From contig JAYTDH010000230.1 of assembly GCA_043736095.1 (NCBI GenBank), positions 1 through 58,385 of the forward strand: DNA of 58,385 bases, given 5' to 3'. The translations under genes and the position numbers were made by a program. Below, piece by piece: positions 19,312-30,008 of this stretch. The notes below the pieces were generated by a model. That model worked only from the letters and a program-made list of their open reading frames with translations. It did not search any database and was not told where the DNA came from. Numbering within the stretch: the first letter of the stretch is position 1; each line of letters begins with the position of its first letter. The stretch is from Gemmatimonas sp. (lineage in GTDB: Bacteria > Gemmatimonadota > Gemmatimonadetes > Gemmatimonadales > Gemmatimonadaceae).

Positions 19312-20664
19312 ATGAACATCCGAGCCTCTCTCCTCGCGCTTGCACTATTCGCCGCGCCAGCCCAAGCGCAGCTCCGAGTCCCCGTCACAATCGACACCCT
19401 CCCAAACGGCCTCACCCTCATCGTCCACGAAGACGCGAGCGTGCCAACGGTCACCACCAACGTCTGGTACCACGTCGGCTCCGGCGACGAACTCCTCGGC
19501 CGCACCGGCTTCGCCCATCTCTTTGAGCACCTGATGTTCATGGGCTCCAAGAACGCCCCCTACCCACAGTTCGATCGCCTCCTCGAAGCCGCCGGCGCTA
19601 ACAACAACGGCTCCACGACCACCGATCGCACCAACTACTACGAGTCCGGCCCCGCCGCTGCGTTGCCACTCATGCTCTGGCTCGAAGCCGACCGACTTGG
19701 TTGGTTGCTTGAGACCATGGATGTTCCCAAAGTCGATCTCCAGCGTGATGTGGTGAAGAACGAACGCCGCCAGAGCTACGAGAACCAACCCTACGGCATG
19801 GCGTTCGAGAATCTCACCGCTGCCATCTATCCTCGCGGCCATCCCTACTCCTGGAGCACCATCGGCTCCATGGCCGATCTCTCCGCCGCCTCGCTCGATG
19901 ACGTCAAGAACTTCTTCCGCACCTATTACACGCCCAATAACGCCGTCATCGTCGTCGCCGGCGCCGTGAAGGCCGACTCCGTGCGCACCGCCGTCCGCCA
20001 GATGTTCGGTGAGATTCCGCGCGGCCCTGCCATCACGCGCAATCGTCCCGCCGCGTTCACGCTACGCGATACCGTGATCGTGCTCGAAGATCGCGTCCAG
20101 CTCCCGCGTGTCTATCTCGCGTGGCACGCCGTCCCTGAGTTCTCGCGCGACGATGCCGCGCTCGACATCGCCTCGTACATCCTCTCCGGCGCACGCAATA
20201 GCCGGCTCACGCAGGCGCTCGTGTATAATCGTCCGCTCGCCACGTCGGCCAATGCGTTCAACTCCTCCAAGCGGCTCGACGGCGACTTCCAAGTCGTCGC
20301 CACCGCACGCCCCGGTGTGCATCTCGACACCCTGCAGGCCGTGATTGACGCTGAGCTCCGCAAGCTCGCCGCCGCCCCCCCGACCGCGCGTGAACTCGAG
20401 CAGGCCAAGAACGCCATCGAAGCGCAGTTCCTCAACTCTCTCGAGTTCGCCGATGCCAAGGCCGATCGCCTCAACGCCTACTACTACGCCACCGGCACCG
20501 CCGATTACTTCCAGCGCGATCTCGATCGCTATCGCGCCGTCACCACCGCCGATGTGCAGCGTGTCGTCCGCCAGTATCTCTTGAGCGGCCGCGCCACGCT
20601 GAGCGTCGTTCCCCAAGGCAAGCGCGAGCTCGCCGCCACGCAGACTCCGATGGTCACCCCGTGA
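19312..20664 (+). CDS. M16B zinc peptidase, catalytic subunit
   Basis: Signal peptide; TLPNGL, WYHVGS, AHLFEHLMF (HxxEH), DRTNYY, VKNERR. Confidence 0.95.
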   Translation: MNIRASLLALALFAAPAQAQLRVPVTIDTLPNGLTLIVHEDASVPTVTTNVWYHVGSGDELLGRTGFAHLFEHLMFMGSKNAPYPQFDRLLEAAGANNNGSTTTDRTNYYESGPAAALPLMLWLEADRLGWLLETMDVPKVDLQRDVVKNERRQSYENQPYGMAFENLTAAIYPRGHPYSWSTIGSMADLSAASLDDVKNFFRTYYTPNNAVIVVAGAVKADSVRTAVRQMFGEIPRGPAITRNRPAAFTLRDTVIVLEDRVQLPRVYLAWHAVPEFSRDDAALDIASYILSGARNSRLTQALVYNRPLATSANAFNSSKRLDGDFQVVATARPGVHLDTLQAVIDAELRKLAAAPPTARELEQAKNAIEAQFLNSLEFADAKADRLNAYYYATGTADYFQRDLDRYRAVTTADVQRVVRQYLLSGRATLSVVPQGKRELAATQTPMVTP

Positions 20665-22115
20665 TCCAGTCCTCGCGCATTCTTATCGCCGCCGCGCTCC
20701 TCGCGCCCCTCGCTGCCGAGGCACAACAGGCGGTGCCGCAGGCCTTCGACCGCACGCGCCCACCGGCCCTCGCCACGTCCGCCGCACTCACCGTCCCCGC
20801 CGTGAAGAGCGTGCGCCTCGAGAATGGCGCCGCCATCCGCGTCGTCGAGCAGCACGAGCTCCCCCTCGTCCACATCACGCTCCAGCTCGCTGGCGGTGGT
20901 CGTTTGGATCACGACACCCCAGGCCTCGCGTCATTCGTCACCACGATGATCCGCGAAGGCGCCGGCGCGCGCGATGCCAACTCGCTGCAGTCTGAGCTCG
21001 CTTTCCTTGGCGCCAGCCTTTCGGCCAACGCCGATTGGGACAACACCACCGTCACGCTCCGCGTCGCCAAGCGGAACCTCGGACCCGCACTCGACCTCAT
21101 GGCCGATGTCGTGCTGCGTCCCACCTTCCGCGACGCCGATGTGCGGCAGCAGCGCGATCTCCGGCTCGCCAATCTTCTGCAGCAGAAGGATCAGCCGCGC
21201 GCCCTCGCTCAGCTTGCGTTCAATCAGGCGCTCTTTCCCGCAGGGCATCCGTACAATCGGTCACTCGGCGGCGATTCCGCTTCCACCACGAAGCTCGACT
21301 CCGCCACCGTGCGCGCCTTTCATAGTGGCGCCTACCGCCCGATGCGCGCGACCTTCACGGTGGTTGGTGATATCAGCGACGCAGAAGCGCGCACACAACT
21401 CCAGCGCCGCTTCGGCACTTGGGCAGTGAGCGGCGCCGAGCGTACGCCCGCACCGGTGCTCGTGACTCCTGTGCGCACCACCGCACAGCGCGTCATTCTC
21501 GTCGACAAGCCCGGCGCTGCGCAGTCGGTCGTGATGATCGGCGTTCCTGGCATCGAGCGCACCACCCCCGACTACGCCTCCGTCATGGTGATGAACACCA
21601 TCCTCGGCGGCTCCTTCTCCTCGCGCCTGATGACCAACCTGCGCGAGACCAAGGGCTACACTTATGGGGTGAGCTCCAGCTTCCAGTGGCGCCCGTTGCC
21701 GGGGGCGTGGATCGCCAGCTCCGATGTGCGCACCAATGTCACCGACAGTTCGCTCGTCGAGCTATTCAAGGAACTCACTGCTCTGCGCACCACCGAGGTC
21801 GCCGCCGATGAAATCGCTCGCGGCAAGGCGTATCTCGCGCTCGGTGTCCCTGGCGACCTCGAGTCGACCGCACAGATCGCTGGGCAGATTACCGCCCTCG
21901 CCGCATTCAATCTCCCATTGACGTATCTTCAGGAATACGTGGTGGCGATCGACAAGGTGACCGCCGCCGATGTGCTCCGCACCGCTCGACGATTGATCCC
22001 TGCCGACAACGCGACGATTGTCATCGTCGGTGATCTCTCCAAGATTCGCGCCGGCATCGAAGCCCTCAACCTCGGCCCCATCAGCGTGCTCGATATCGCA
22101 GAGCTGACCAAGTAG
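20661..22115 (+). CDS. M16B peptidase, non-catalytic partner subunit
   Basis: LENG, ILGGSFSSRLMTNLRETKGYTYG; HxxEH absent; GTGA overlap. Confidence 0.9.
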   Translation: MIQSSRILIAAALLAPLAAEAQQAVPQAFDRTRPPALATSAALTVPAVKSVRLENGAAIRVVEQHELPLVHITLQLAGGGRLDHDTPGLASFVTTMIREGAGARDANSLQSELAFLGASLSANADWDNTTVTLRVAKRNLGPALDLMADVVLRPTFRDADVRQQRDLRLANLLQQKDQPRALAQLAFNQALFPAGHPYNRSLGGDSASTTKLDSATVRAFHSGAYRPMRATFTVVGDISDAEARTQLQRRFGTWAVSGAERTPAPVLVTPVRTTAQRVILVDKPGAAQSVVMIGVPGIERTTPDYASVMVMNTILGGSFSSRLMTNLRETKGYTYGVSSSFQWRPLPGAWIASSDVRTNVTDSSLVELFKELTALRTTEVAADEIARGKAYLALGVPGDLESTAQIAGQITALAAFNLPLTYLQEYVVAIDKVTAADVLRTARRLIPADNATIVIVGDLSKIRAGIEALNLGPISVLDIAELTK

Positions 22116-23008
22116 TGAGCGCCGATCGCGCGCGCCTTCGCATCGCCTTCCAGGGCGAGATCGGCTCGTTCTCCGACGAGGCCATCCAGCAACTCTGGGG
22201 AGGCGATGTGCAGCGCGTCCCGTACCGTGACTTCGCCGATGTCACGGCCTCGGTCGCGGCTGGCGTCGCTGATCGCGGTGTCTTGCCGATTGAGAACACG
22301 ATGGCCGGCTCAATCGCCGGCGCGCACGATGCCATCTCAGCGATGGCGGGTTTGCACGTCGTCGCCGAGACGGTAGTGGCCGTGCACCATTGTCTTCTCG
22401 GCCCTGCGAGTGCGACCTTCGATTCCGTGCGCACCGTGCTCTGTCATCCGGTGGCGCTCGATCAATGCCGGCAGTTCTTCGCTGAACAGCCGCAGATGGA
22501 AGTGCATCCGTCGTACGACACGGCAGGGGCGGCGATGGATGTCTCGAAGGTGCAGGACCCCGAAGTCGCGGCCGTCGCGAGCCGACGCGCCGCGTTGCAT
22601 TACGATTTGCAAATCTTGAAGGCCGACATTGAGGATCGCGCGGACAATCAGACGCGCTTTCTTGGAATCTCACGTGCACCACTGCCTTTGCCGCCGGGCA
22701 CTCCCGCGCGCACCATGTTCGTAGTGCGCACGGCTGACACGCCGGGCTCGTTGCTGACCGTGCTCAGCCCGCTCTCGAAGCATGGTGTGAGCATACGTCG
22801 GTTAGAGTCGCGCCCTACCGGGGAACCGTGGAGCTACCGGTTCTTTGTGGAGTTCGATCACCAAGTCGGTGATGCCGCCGCAGATGCCGTGGTGAATGAC
22901 ATCGCCGGGCTGGCGACGGAGACGCGGATGCTGGGGACGTACCCGCGCTGGGGCGCGGGGCGGCGTGGGTCGATTGGGTGGAGTTCGGGGAATGTTTCGC
23001 CGGTGTGA
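22115..23008 (+). CDS. pheA: Prephenate dehydratase (PDT + ACT, no chorismate mutase domain)
   Basis: IAFQGEIGSFS, VLPIEN, NQTRF, LESRP. Confidence 0.93.
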   Translation: MSADRARLRIAFQGEIGSFSDEAIQQLWGGDVQRVPYRDFADVTASVAAGVADRGVLPIENTMAGSIAGAHDAISAMAGLHVVAETVVAVHHCLLGPASATFDSVRTVLCHPVALDQCRQFFAEQPQMEVHPSYDTAGAAMDVSKVQDPEVAAVASRRAALHYDLQILKADIEDRADNQTRFLGISRAPLPLPPGTPARTMFVVRTADTPGSLLTVLSPLSKHGVSIRRLESRPTGEPWSYRFFVEFDHQVGDAAADAVVNDIAGLATETRMLGTYPRWGAGRRGSIGWSSGNVSPV

Positions 23009-23164
23009 GGCAAGATTGCCAGCGCTGTAGCATGGCCCAACGGTGCTCAGCTTGGTGGCGCGAGACTATGAGCCGCACCATACTTCCGAACGCGGTTCAC
23101 GCTCGTATCCCGCGCTGAGTTCAAGCGTTTCTTCGCTCCCCTCGACTCCGCATCAAGGACCCTG

Positions 23165-25507
23165 TTGCTCCCCGCTCAGTCCCACCGCTCGGAGGCTCCG
23201 GAGTACCAAGACGCTGAGGGCGCCTCGCTGGGGCGGCTCCTCTCCGCGGCACGTCGTCAGATTTGGTGGGTAATCGCGTGCACCGTGGTCGTCGGTGCGG
23301 GGAGCGGCTGGCTGACCTACCGACAGCCTGCTGTATACGAGGCCTACGCCACACTCCAACTCGAGACCGAATCGACGGGTGCGCGTCAGGCGATGCTCGC
23401 CAGTGGCTACCCGCAGGCAATCGAGACGGAAATCGAGATTCTCAAGAGCTATGGCGTCGCGGCCGACGTGGTGCGCGATTTGCTGTTGCACGTCACGACG
23501 GCCCCGACGAACGCGGTCTCGCGCGATACGCTGGCACTGATTGTCCAGATGGACAGCAGCGTCACTCCGGGCGCCTGGACGCTCGCGCGCGCAGGAACGA
23601 CAGTCACTGTGACAACGCCGGACGGCCGTCAGCTCTCGGCGCCGAGCGATGCCCCAATCCACATCGCGGGCATCACCGTGCAGACAGACGCATGGCCCGT
23701 GGCGATACCGGAACTGCGACTGGTGGTGGATACCGTGAGCGGCATCGCCGAGTCACTGCGCGGCGCGCTTCGCGTGTCGCGACCGCAGGCCAACGCACGC
23801 ATCGTGAGGGTCTCGTGGGAATCGACCAATCCGGTCGTCGCCCGCGACGTGGTGAATGCGGTGGTACGTGCGTACCTGGCCCGCCGCAATCAGACGCAAA
23901 AGGAGCAGGCACGGCGGGAGGTGCGGTTCCTGCAAACGCAACTCGCCACCATCTCCGGACAACTGCGTGAAGCCGAGGATGCATTCGAGTCGTATCGTCG
24001 GCAGAATATGGTCATCGATCCTGCCACGCAGACCACCGAAGCAACACGGCGCTACGCCGACCTGGTCGCGGAGCGCGAGCAGACCGCGCGCAACCGGCGC
24101 TCCCTCACCGACCTGCTCACACGGACCGCTGCCGCGGGGCGCGACGGATCGTCGTGGACGATGCTGGCCGCAACGCCGATGGCGGCGTCCAACGCCACGA
24201 TTGGCTCCCTGCTGCAGCAGCTGACGACACTGGACGCGGAGGCAACCCGACTCGCCGCGTGGCGCACCGCCGCCGACCCAGACCTACGCGCCGTCACGCA
24301 GACGCGTGATTCGCTTGCCGCTCGCCTCCGCTCGGTGGCACGCGAGGAACTGGCCCTCCTCAACACTCAGGCGGCGCAGCAGGACAGTGCAGTCGCCGCC
24401 CTCAGCGGTGTGTTGGCACGCGCTCCCGCAACGGAACTCCAGTATTCGCGGCTGGCCCGCGAAGTCCAACTGACGGCTTCGATGTTCACGCTGTTGCAGA
24501 CGCGGCTCAAGGAAGCGGACATCGCGGAGGCCGTCGAGTCGGCAAATATCCAGCTGGTGGATGCCGCACAGGTTCCACGCACTCCGATCCGTCCGCGTCG
24601 CACGATGAGCGCGGTATTCGGCATCCTCGCGGGACTACTCCTTGGATTCGTGGTCGCGCTCGCCCGCGAGCTCACGGACACTGTGGTTCGGTCGCGCGAC
24701 GAGATTGCCAAAATCACGGGGCTCCCGACGCTGGCCAGTATCCCAGGTCAGCGGCGCAGCGTGCGCCAATCGTTCGAGCGCACGCACAGCGCGGAGCCCC
24801 GAATCGTCGCGCGTCATGACCGGATGTCATCCACCGCAGAGGCCTATCGCGCACTTCGGAGTATCGTGACCTTCTCCGACACCACGCGCGAGCACGCGCT
24901 GCGCAGCCTTCTTCTTACGAGCGCTGAGCCGCAAGATGGCAAGACGACGACCGCGGTGAATCTTGCGATGGTCCTCGCGGAGCAGGGGCTGCGCGTGGTG
25001 TTGGTGGACGCCGATCATCGACGACCGACCTTGCATCAGATCCTCGGCGTACCGCGTAAACCCGGACTCGCCGACGTCCTCTCTGGCGACGCTACGGACC
25101 ACGAGAGCAGGCGCTCTGTGGAGTTGCCAAAGTTTGCCGGCGGCAGACTTGACTTCATTCCAGCAGGCACACCGGTACCGAATCCGGCGGAGATCGCAGG
25201 GTCGGCGGCCATGCGCGCACTCATCGGACGACTCGCCAGCGAGTACGACCTCGTCCTGATTGACACGCCACCGCTCTCGCAAGCGACCGATGCGGCGGTC
25301 ATTGGCACAAGTACGGACGGCGTCATCCTCGTAACACGGGTTGACCGCACCAGCCGCGAAGCGATGCGGCGCGCGGCCGAGGAGTTGCGCGCGGTGGGCG
25401 CGCCCGTCCTTGGCACCGTGGTGATTGACACGCGCGATGAACGCGACCGATACGGTTCGCGCTACCGTGGGTATTACGGCGAGACGGCGGGGACCGATGC
25501 GACCTAG
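23165..25507 (+). CDS. wzc: Polysaccharide co-polymerase / tyrosine autokinase (Wzc-like)
   Basis: Two TM segments around a coiled coil; AEAYRALR, Walker A AEPQDGKT, LVDAD, IDTPP, C-terminal Tyr cluster RYGSRYRGYYG. Confidence 0.92.
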   Translation: MLPAQSHRSEAPEYQDAEGASLGRLLSAARRQIWWVIACTVVVGAGSGWLTYRQPAVYEAYATLQLETESTGARQAMLASGYPQAIETEIEILKSYGVAADVVRDLLLHVTTAPTNAVSRDTLALIVQMDSSVTPGAWTLARAGTTVTVTTPDGRQLSAPSDAPIHIAGITVQTDAWPVAIPELRLVVDTVSGIAESLRGALRVSRPQANARIVRVSWESTNPVVARDVVNAVVRAYLARRNQTQKEQARREVRFLQTQLATISGQLREAEDAFESYRRQNMVIDPATQTTEATRRYADLVAEREQTARNRRSLTDLLTRTAAAGRDGSSWTMLAATPMAASNATIGSLLQQLTTLDAEATRLAAWRTAADPDLRAVTQTRDSLAARLRSVAREELALLNTQAAQQDSAVAALSGVLARAPATELQYSRLAREVQLTASMFTLLQTRLKEADIAEAVESANIQLVDAAQVPRTPIRPRRTMSAVFGILAGLLLGFVVALARELTDTVVRSRDEIAKITGLPTLASIPGQRRSVRQSFERTHSAEPRIVARHDRMSSTAEAYRALRSIVTFSDTTREHALRSLLLTSAEPQDGKTTTAVNLAMVLAEQGLRVVLVDADHRRPTLHQILGVPRKPGLADVLSGDATDHESRRSVELPKFAGGRLDFIPAGTPVPNPAEIAGSAAMRALIGRLASEYDLVLIDTPPLSQATDAAVIGTSTDGVILVTRVDRTSREAMRRAAEELRAVGAPVLGTVVIDTRDERDRYGSRYRGYYGETAGTDAT

Positions 25508-26120
25508 AATCATGCACCTGGCCGCGGGCGTAATGCTGACACTCGCGGGAACGATTGTCGGTGCACAAGGTGTACCGACGACCGCGACGACTGGGGTGCG
25601 CCCAGGCGACCTGATCAGCGTGTGGGTTTGGCGTGAGACCAGCCTCACGGGCGAGTTCCTCGTCGACGGCCGCGGCCGCGTGATCCTTCCGATGCTTGGC
25701 GAGGTGCTCGTCACAGGGAAGTCCACGGACTCGCTCATCGATGAGATCCAAGCGTCGTTCCGAGCGTACTTGATGAATCCGTCGATTCGGGTAAGCGTTG
25801 TTCGCCGCGTCGCCGTGCAAGGCCAGGTTGGGAACCCGGGCCTGTATCCCGTCGAAGCGACCATGACAATCGGCAACGTCATTGCGATGGCTGGCGGCGT
25901 CTCGGCGAATGGTAACCCCCGAAAGATTCTGTTGAGGCGTGACGGTCGGATCATCGAGACATCGCTGGGATCGGAGCAGGTGCTCGAGCACTCCGCCGTG
26001 CAGTCGGGCGACGAGATCTTCATCAGTCAGCTCCCATGGCTGTTCCGCCACGGTAGCCTGCTGCTGGGCACAGGACTCTCCGTCATCGCAGGCGTGGCGG
26101 TCGCGCTGATCCTGCGGTAA
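25497..26120 (+). CDS. Polysaccharide export protein (Wza/Poly_export + SLBB)
   Basis: RPGDLISV, DGRGRVILPMLGEV, VQGQVGNPGLY, IAMAGG, QSGDEIFI. Confidence 0.88.
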   Translation: MRPRIMHLAAGVMLTLAGTIVGAQGVPTTATTGVRPGDLISVWVWRETSLTGEFLVDGRGRVILPMLGEVLVTGKSTDSLIDEIQASFRAYLMNPSIRVSVVRRVAVQGQVGNPGLYPVEATMTIGNVIAMAGGVSANGNPRKILLRRDGRIIETSLGSEQVLEHSAVQSGDEIFISQLPWLFRHGSLLLGTGLSVIAGVAVALILR

Positions 26121-26137
26121 CCATTGCCCGCGCACCG

Positions 26138-27034
26138 GTGAATCCCATTCGTCGGGTTGCCCTTGGACTTCGCCGTCGATGGCGTGCCGCGGGGCTTCGC
26201 TCCTGGGGCGACGGCCTGCATTGGAAGCACGTGCCGTCCGACTTCTGGATGCGCCTCAGTCGCGATGATTTCATGGACTACTGCTATTACTTCCATGAAA
26301 TCGACTACGCGTTCTATCGCGACGCGCCGCGGCTCGTTCGCCCAGGAGAGTCGGTAATTGACCTCGGCGCCAACAAAGGCTTCAATGCAATGATCCTCGC
26401 GCGAGCACTCGGCCCCAACGGTCGCGTGCTCGCTGTTGAGCCGGATCCATCGGTAGCCGCGATGCTTGCTGAGCACCGAGCGCGGAATGGATACCCAGGC
26501 ATCCAGATCGAACAGGTGGCTGTTGGCGAGCGGAACGGGGAAGTCGAGATTGCGCTGAGCAAGCAAGTGGGCTGGAGCAGCCGCTTTCCCAATCCGATGC
26601 AGGAGCGCTACATCAGCGACACCATCTCCGTGCCGCTGCGCACCGTCGATTCGCTCGTCGCGGACTGCGCCCCTCCACTCGGACCGATCTCGTTTGCCAA
26701 GATCGACATCGAAGGCTCCGAAGGCGCCGCGCTTGCCGGGATGCGTGACACGCTGGCAAAGCATGGCCCGACGCTCTGGATGGAAATCAATGCAACGTCG
26801 CTCGCGGCAGGTGGCTCATCCCCTGCCGCCCTCGACGACATCCTATTGCCGCTTGGGTACCGCGTCTTCCCCATGCGATGGACGAGCCTGGAGTACTTCG
26901 TAATGCCTCGGCGCATCATCTATGGCGAAGCGAAAAGCATCGCCGCCCATCCGGGAGGCGAACTCTGGGATGCGCTCCTGGTGAGCCCGCGGTACATGGA
27001 TCGCGTTGCGCCACTGCTCGACAGCGGGACATAA
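26138..27034 (+). CDS. FkbM family methyltransferase
   Basis: VIDLGANKG, VLAVEP, KIDIEGSE. Confidence 0.9.
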   Translation: MNPIRRVALGLRRRWRAAGLRSWGDGLHWKHVPSDFWMRLSRDDFMDYCYYFHEIDYAFYRDAPRLVRPGESVIDLGANKGFNAMILARALGPNGRVLAVEPDPSVAAMLAEHRARNGYPGIQIEQVAVGERNGEVEIALSKQVGWSSRFPNPMQERYISDTISVPLRTVDSLVADCAPPLGPISFAKIDIEGSEGAALAGMRDTLAKHGPTLWMEINATSLAAGGSSPAALDDILLPLGYRVFPMRWTSLEYFVMPRRIIYGEAKSIAAHPGGELWDALLVSPRYMDRVAPLLDSGT

Positions 27035-27062
27035 CGACGGGTCCGGTCTTCGGGCCCTCGTT
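27033..27062. terminator. Possible bidirectional hairpin between convergent genes
   Basis: AACGACGGGTCCG-GTCTT-CGGGCCCTCGTT imperfect stem. Confidence 0.5.
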
Positions 27063-28287
27063 ACCGCTGCACCGAATCGGCAACCGCTTCGACCACGCCG
27101 ACGTACGACTTCAGCAAAGTCTTGCGCTCAAACCGAGCGCTGGCGATCAGCGCGTTGCGGGCGCATCGCTGGAGTTCGTCGGGGTTATCACGCGCCTGCG
27201 TGAGTGCGAGGGCAATGCTCGCTGGGTCGTCTGGGTCAGCAACCCATCCGCATTCCGCCTCACGAACTATTCTGGCCGCATCGCTCGACTCGGCCGCGAG
27301 CACGAGCACCGGCCGACCCGTGCCAAGTATGGAGTAGAGTTTGCTGGGCACGACCAGTCCCTCGAGCCCGCGGCGCACCGTGACGACCTGCAAGTCACCG
27401 GCATTCATGAGCTCGGCCACGTCATCAGGAGGACAGGGATCGAGCCAGTGCACGTTGTCCTGGACTGCCGATTGCTGCTGGAGCGCCGCACGTTGGGCAC
27501 CCGCACCCACAAAGACAAATCCGACGTCCGGCCCCGCGAGACGCGCGGCGGCGAGCAGTGTCTGCCACGCCCCAGCAAACCCGACATTCCCCGCGTGCAT
27601 CACGGTAAAGGCGAAGCCCTTGCGAACCGATTCCGTCAGCGCCCCCACGTTCACCAACTGCGGAGCGCCTGCGCCAGCGTCCGCGCCGTCACGCACGACC
27701 ACGACTTTCTCGGATGATGCTCCCGCCGCAATGACCCGCGCCTTCATGTCGTCACCGAGGACAATGATTAGGCTCGCACGTCTGAGACCCCACCGATGCA
27801 GCCACGTCCAGATTGACGCGAGCGGGCCCGGACGCAGCATGCCAGCCGCGAGCGCCATCTCTGGGTGGAGATCGCGAACGTTGTAGACGAGCGGAATGCC
27901 GCGAAGCGCTGCTGCCGCCGCCGCGACAACTACCGCGACAGGTGGATCAGTCATCGCGATAATCACATCGGCGCGAATCGAGAGTGCGCGCCAGAATGCG
28001 AGCGACAGATACGACAGGTAGTTCGCGGCGCGGCCGAACATCACCGCGCGGCCGAAGGCCGTGGAGCCCACCCGCTCCACCACACAACCCTCATACGCTT
28101 CGCGCGCGACGAGGCGCCATGGTCGCGTTGATGTCGGTTGATACGACGGCCGCCCGGCGAGAACCGTCACGGAATGGCCAGCCCGGACGAATGTGCGCGC
28201 GACGTCATCCGCCAAGACAGCCGTGGCCGACGTGTCCGGTGGAAAATACTGATTGATGATCAGGACCTTTCGCGAACGTGCGTTCAT
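27061..28287 (-). CDS. GT4 glycosyltransferase (WbuB-like)
   Basis: INQYFPPD, TDPP, RDLHPE, HAGNVG, VVPSKLY. Confidence 0.9.
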   Translation of the reverse strand: MNARSRKVLIINQYFPPDTSATAVLADDVARTFVRAGHSVTVLAGRPSYQPTSTRPWRLVAREAYEGCVVERVGSTAFGRAVMFGRAANYLSYLSLAFWRALSIRADVIIAMTDPPVAVVVAAAAAALRGIPLVYNVRDLHPEMALAAGMLRPGPLASIWTWLHRWGLRRASLIIVLGDDMKARVIAAGASSEKVVVVRDGADAGAGAPQLVNVGALTESVRKGFAFTVMHAGNVGFAGAWQTLLAAARLAGPDVGFVFVGAGAQRAALQQQSAVQDNVHWLDPCPPDDVAELMNAGDLQVVTVRRGLEGLVVPSKLYSILGTGRPVLVLAAESSDAARIVREAECGWVADPDDPASIALALTQARDNPDELQRCARNALIASARFERKTLLKSYVGVVEAVADSVQR

Positions 28288-30008
28288 CGTGCCCGCTCAA
28301 CCACGTACGGTCCAATCGCGAGCACGTCCATATCCGCACGCAGGAAACAGTGCACAGCCTCTTCGGGCGTTCGCACAATGGGCTCGTTCTCATTGAACGA
28401 CGTATTGAGCACCACGGGCACGCCGGTTTGCCTATGGAACGCACTGAGCAGCGCGTGGAACATCGGGTTTGTCTCACGCGCAACGGTCTGAACCCGCGCC
28501 GTGCCGTCCACGTGCGTGACGGCTGGAATGAGCGTTGCACGACTTGGCAGAACGCGATGCGCCACGAGCATGAACGGCGAATGCCCGCTCATCTCGAACC
28601 ACTCCGACGCGCACTCCTCAAGCACGGAAGGCGCAAACGGACGGAACGACTCGCGTCGCTTGATCCGTGAGTTGAGGACCTCCTTCATGTCGGAGCGGCG
28701 CGGGTCGGCGAGGATGCTGCGCCCTCCGAGCGCGCGGGGACCGAACTCCATACGTCCCTGGTACCACCCGACAATCCGACCGTCCGCAATCAGTGCCGCC
28801 GTGCGCTCGGCGATCTCGTCGGGTGTCAGCGCCTGCGCAACAATGCCCGCTGCCGCAAGCGCGCGCGCAATCGCGGGCTCATCGGCCGCCTCACCCCAGT
28901 ATGCGTGAGTGATGACGTGTTCACGAGGCTTACCAAGCTCGTGATGCCAGACATACAGCCCCGCGCCAATGGCGAGGCCGGCATCGCCGGGCGCGGGCGG
29001 GATGTACAACTCCTCAATCGCATTCGCGGCGAGCGCGCGCCCGTTGGACACGCAGTTGTACGCCACGCCGCCAGCATAGGCGAGACGGCCGCTGTTTGCC
29101 GATTGCGCCGCGCGTCGAGTGATGGCAATGATCAGTTCGTCGAGCCGGGCCTGCAGCGACGCCGCGATGTCGCGGTGTCGATCATCAATTTCCGCAGTCG
29201 GTGCTCGGCGTGGTCCAAACCGCGACTCAAACGGCAGGCCGAAGAGCGGCGACTGACTCGGTGCGCCGCCCGTCCAGGTGATGCCGGGACCGTGAGTGGG
29301 GTGGCGAAACGCAGGAAGATCAAGCTGGTACCCAAGTCCGCGGTCCGTATCACGCACAAGGCGGCGCATCTCGTCGAGCTGTGACGGCGCGCCATACGCA
29401 GCGAGTCCCATCACCTTGTATTCATCGCCGTAATGCGGAAAGCCGAGATACTGCGTGACGGCGCTGAACCAGATGCCCAGTGAATGCGGAAACAGGGACT
29501 CGCGTTCGATTCGAAGACGAGTCCCCTCTCCAACGCCGGAGAGCCCGCTCGCGAAATCACCGAGGCCGTCAAGTGAGAGCACCGCGGCGCGGTCGAACGG
29601 CGAGGCAAAGAACGCACTCGCGATGTGTGCGCGGTGGTGTTCGACGCGTCTGATTCGCGCCCGAAGCTTGTGGGCATCACCACCCGTAGCGTCGGCGAGC
29701 GCGGCGTCAATCGTGGAAAAGGTGGCCGCCACGCGCGCGCGGTCAGCGGAGAACCGTGGAAACCGGAGCGCCCACGCCAGCTTGTGGCGCCAGCGCGCCC
29801 ACGGGTCGCGCGGTACCGCAGCGATGTCAACATCTGCGATGCTTGCGCCCGCTGCCTCGAGGCACCACTGCACCGCACGGGCGGGAAACCCGGATTCGTG
29901 CTTCACACGCGTGAACCGTTCTTCCTCAGCTGCCGCCACGAGCCTGCCGTCGATGAACAGTGCGGCGGAGGCGTCACCATGCCATGCGTTGAGACCGAGG
30001 ATGATCAT
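28284..30008 (-). CDS. NodU/CmcH family carbamoyltransferase
   Basis: HGDASAAL, AEEERFTR, EHHRAH, EYKVMGLAAYG, GRMEFGPRALG, RESFRPFAPS, LNTSFN; ATGA start at 30008. Confidence 0.95.
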   Translation of the reverse strand: MIILGLNAWHGDASAALFIDGRLVAAAEEERFTRVKHESGFPARAVQWCLEAAGASIADVDIAAVPRDPWARWRHKLAWALRFPRFSADRARVAATFSTIDAALADATGGDAHKLRARIRRVEHHRAHIASAFFASPFDRAAVLSLDGLGDFASGLSGVGEGTRLRIERESLFPHSLGIWFSAVTQYLGFPHYGDEYKVMGLAAYGAPSQLDEMRRLVRDTDRGLGYQLDLPAFRHPTHGPGITWTGGAPSQSPLFGLPFESRFGPRRAPTAEIDDRHRDIAASLQARLDELIIAITRRAAQSANSGRLAYAGGVAYNCVSNGRALAANAIEELYIPPAPGDAGLAIGAGLYVWHHELGKPREHVITHAYWGEAADEPAIARALAAAGIVAQALTPDEIAERTAALIADGRIVGWYQGRMEFGPRALGGRSILADPRRSDMKEVLNSRIKRRESFRPFAPSVLEECASEWFEMSGHSPFMLVAHRVLPSRATLIPAVTHVDGTARVQTVARETNPMFHALLSAFHRQTGVPVVLNTSFNENEPIVRTPEEAVHCFLRADMDVLAIGPYVVERAR